A stretch of 64,000 nt of DNA from the human T2T-CHM13v2.0 reference genome, Homo sapiens. The translations under genes were made by a program, and so were the position numbers. Each line of letters starts with the position of its first letter. The stretch's first letter is position 1. Positions 61,554-64,000 of the stretch are shown piece by piece. The stretch is from assembly GCF_009914755.1 (NCBI RefSeq), contig NC_060926.1; one strand, 5' to 3'. A model generated the notes under the pieces. It ran no database searches, was not told the DNA's origin, and worked only from the letters and a program-made list of their open reading frames with translations.

Positions 61554-62056
61554 TGTATTAGTTTTCTTTTACAACTATAACAAATTACCACAAACATAGT
61601 GCTTTAAAACAATAAAAATCTATTCTCTTGCACTTCTGGAGATCAGAAGTCTGCAACGGGTCTCACTGGGCTACAACACTAAGGTGTCAGCAGGGCTGCA
61701 TTCCTTTCTGGAGGCTCTAGGGGAGAACCCATTTTCTCATCTTTTCTAGCTTTTAGAGGCTGCCCACATTCCCTGGCTCCTGCCCCTTCCTCCATCTTCA
61801 AAGCCAGCAGTGTTGCATCTGGAAATCTTTCTTACTCTACATGCAGCCTCCTTCTTCCACGTGTAAGGACCTCTGTGATTATTACCCTGTGCTCATCTGA
61901 TAATCCAGGATACTCCCCCTATTTTACAGTCAACTCATCAGCAACCTCAATTCCATCTGTAACCTTAATTTCCCCTTGCCATGTAACATAATATTTACAC
62001 AGGTTCCAGGGACTAGGATGCTGACATCTTCAGGGGCCATTATTCTGCCAACCACA
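61554..62056 (-). mobile_element. MLT1C/D-like MaLR solo LTR
   Basis: tgtattagttttc...ggccattattctgccaaccaca; TSD GTATG/GTGTG. Confidence 0.87.
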
Positions 62057-62191
62057 GTGTGTCTTTGATGGCCCCTTTCTTCCCCTTATCCCCCACTCAA
62101 TAGCATTTCCTCCTGCACTCGGCCATCTAAGCAGCAGAAGTCCTTTTATCTGACATGATCAGGATGGCTGATGAATTGAAAATGCAGGTTA

Positions 62192-62859
<668 letters not shown>

Positions 62860-62864
62860 CCTGG

Positions 62865-63540
<676 letters not shown>

Positions 63541-63581
63541 AAAAAAATGTTTAAAAAAAAGATACCTAAATAGCTTATGCT

Positions 63582-63750
63582 AGATCTTCTCAAACTTTAT
63601 TGTACATATGAGTCATGTAGGGAACTAGTTAAAATGCAGATTTGGATTCAGTAGGTCTAGGCTATAGCCAGAGATTCTGTGTTTTCCAAAAAAGCATCCA
63701 GGTGAGGCCAATGCCACAGGTACCACATTTTGGGGAGCAAGAACTTAAAC
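63582..63750. mobile_element. MER5-like hAT MITE
   Basis: ttctcaaacttt...aaaatgcagatttggattcagtaggtctagg...ccaggtgaggccaatgc. Confidence 0.72.
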
Positions 63751-64000
63751 AAAGACCTAGCATACATTCATTTGCCATTTTTTTGTAGAGCCTTCTATGG
63801 ATCCACTGGGGTGAGCCTGTGATATATTTTTTCATAAGCCATGCCCAAAATACATCTTCCATGATTTCCTGCTTTTTTCTAAAATAGATCTGAAACTGAA
63901 AGCCACCCATGAAGCAATCTGAGCTCAGAGCCTGCCTAGAGTTTGATTATTTTTTCTAATATAAATCTCTTACAGGTATATCACCCACACTTAAATCAAT

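Overview
Primate (human-like) genomic DNA with no recognisable protein-coding exon; it reads as an intergenic or intronic, regulatory-type interval. About half is interspersed repeat: ~30 Alus, L1 3' ends, L2/MIR, MaLR and ERVL LTRs, an LTR12 (ERV9) solo LTR, a decayed ERVL-class gag-pro-pol region and hAT/Tigger DNA transposons. The supplied ORFs are repeat-derived or chance. Three structures stand out. (1) A full-length 7SK retrocopy (46587-46910) lies directly downstream of a same-strand AluY, with no Pol III terminator before the 7SK 3' end, so a chimeric Alu-7SK RNA is possible. (2) An ~0.8-0.9 kb local inverted duplication (12996-13940 vs 26028-26834) appears to have been copied into, and split, a host Alu. 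(3) Several repeat-free, CpG-retaining or motif-dense blocks look like enhancers or promoters, one with a perfect RFX palindrome. Repeat subfamily calls are by eye from remembered consensus sequences, and boundaries are approximate unless TSDs are given.
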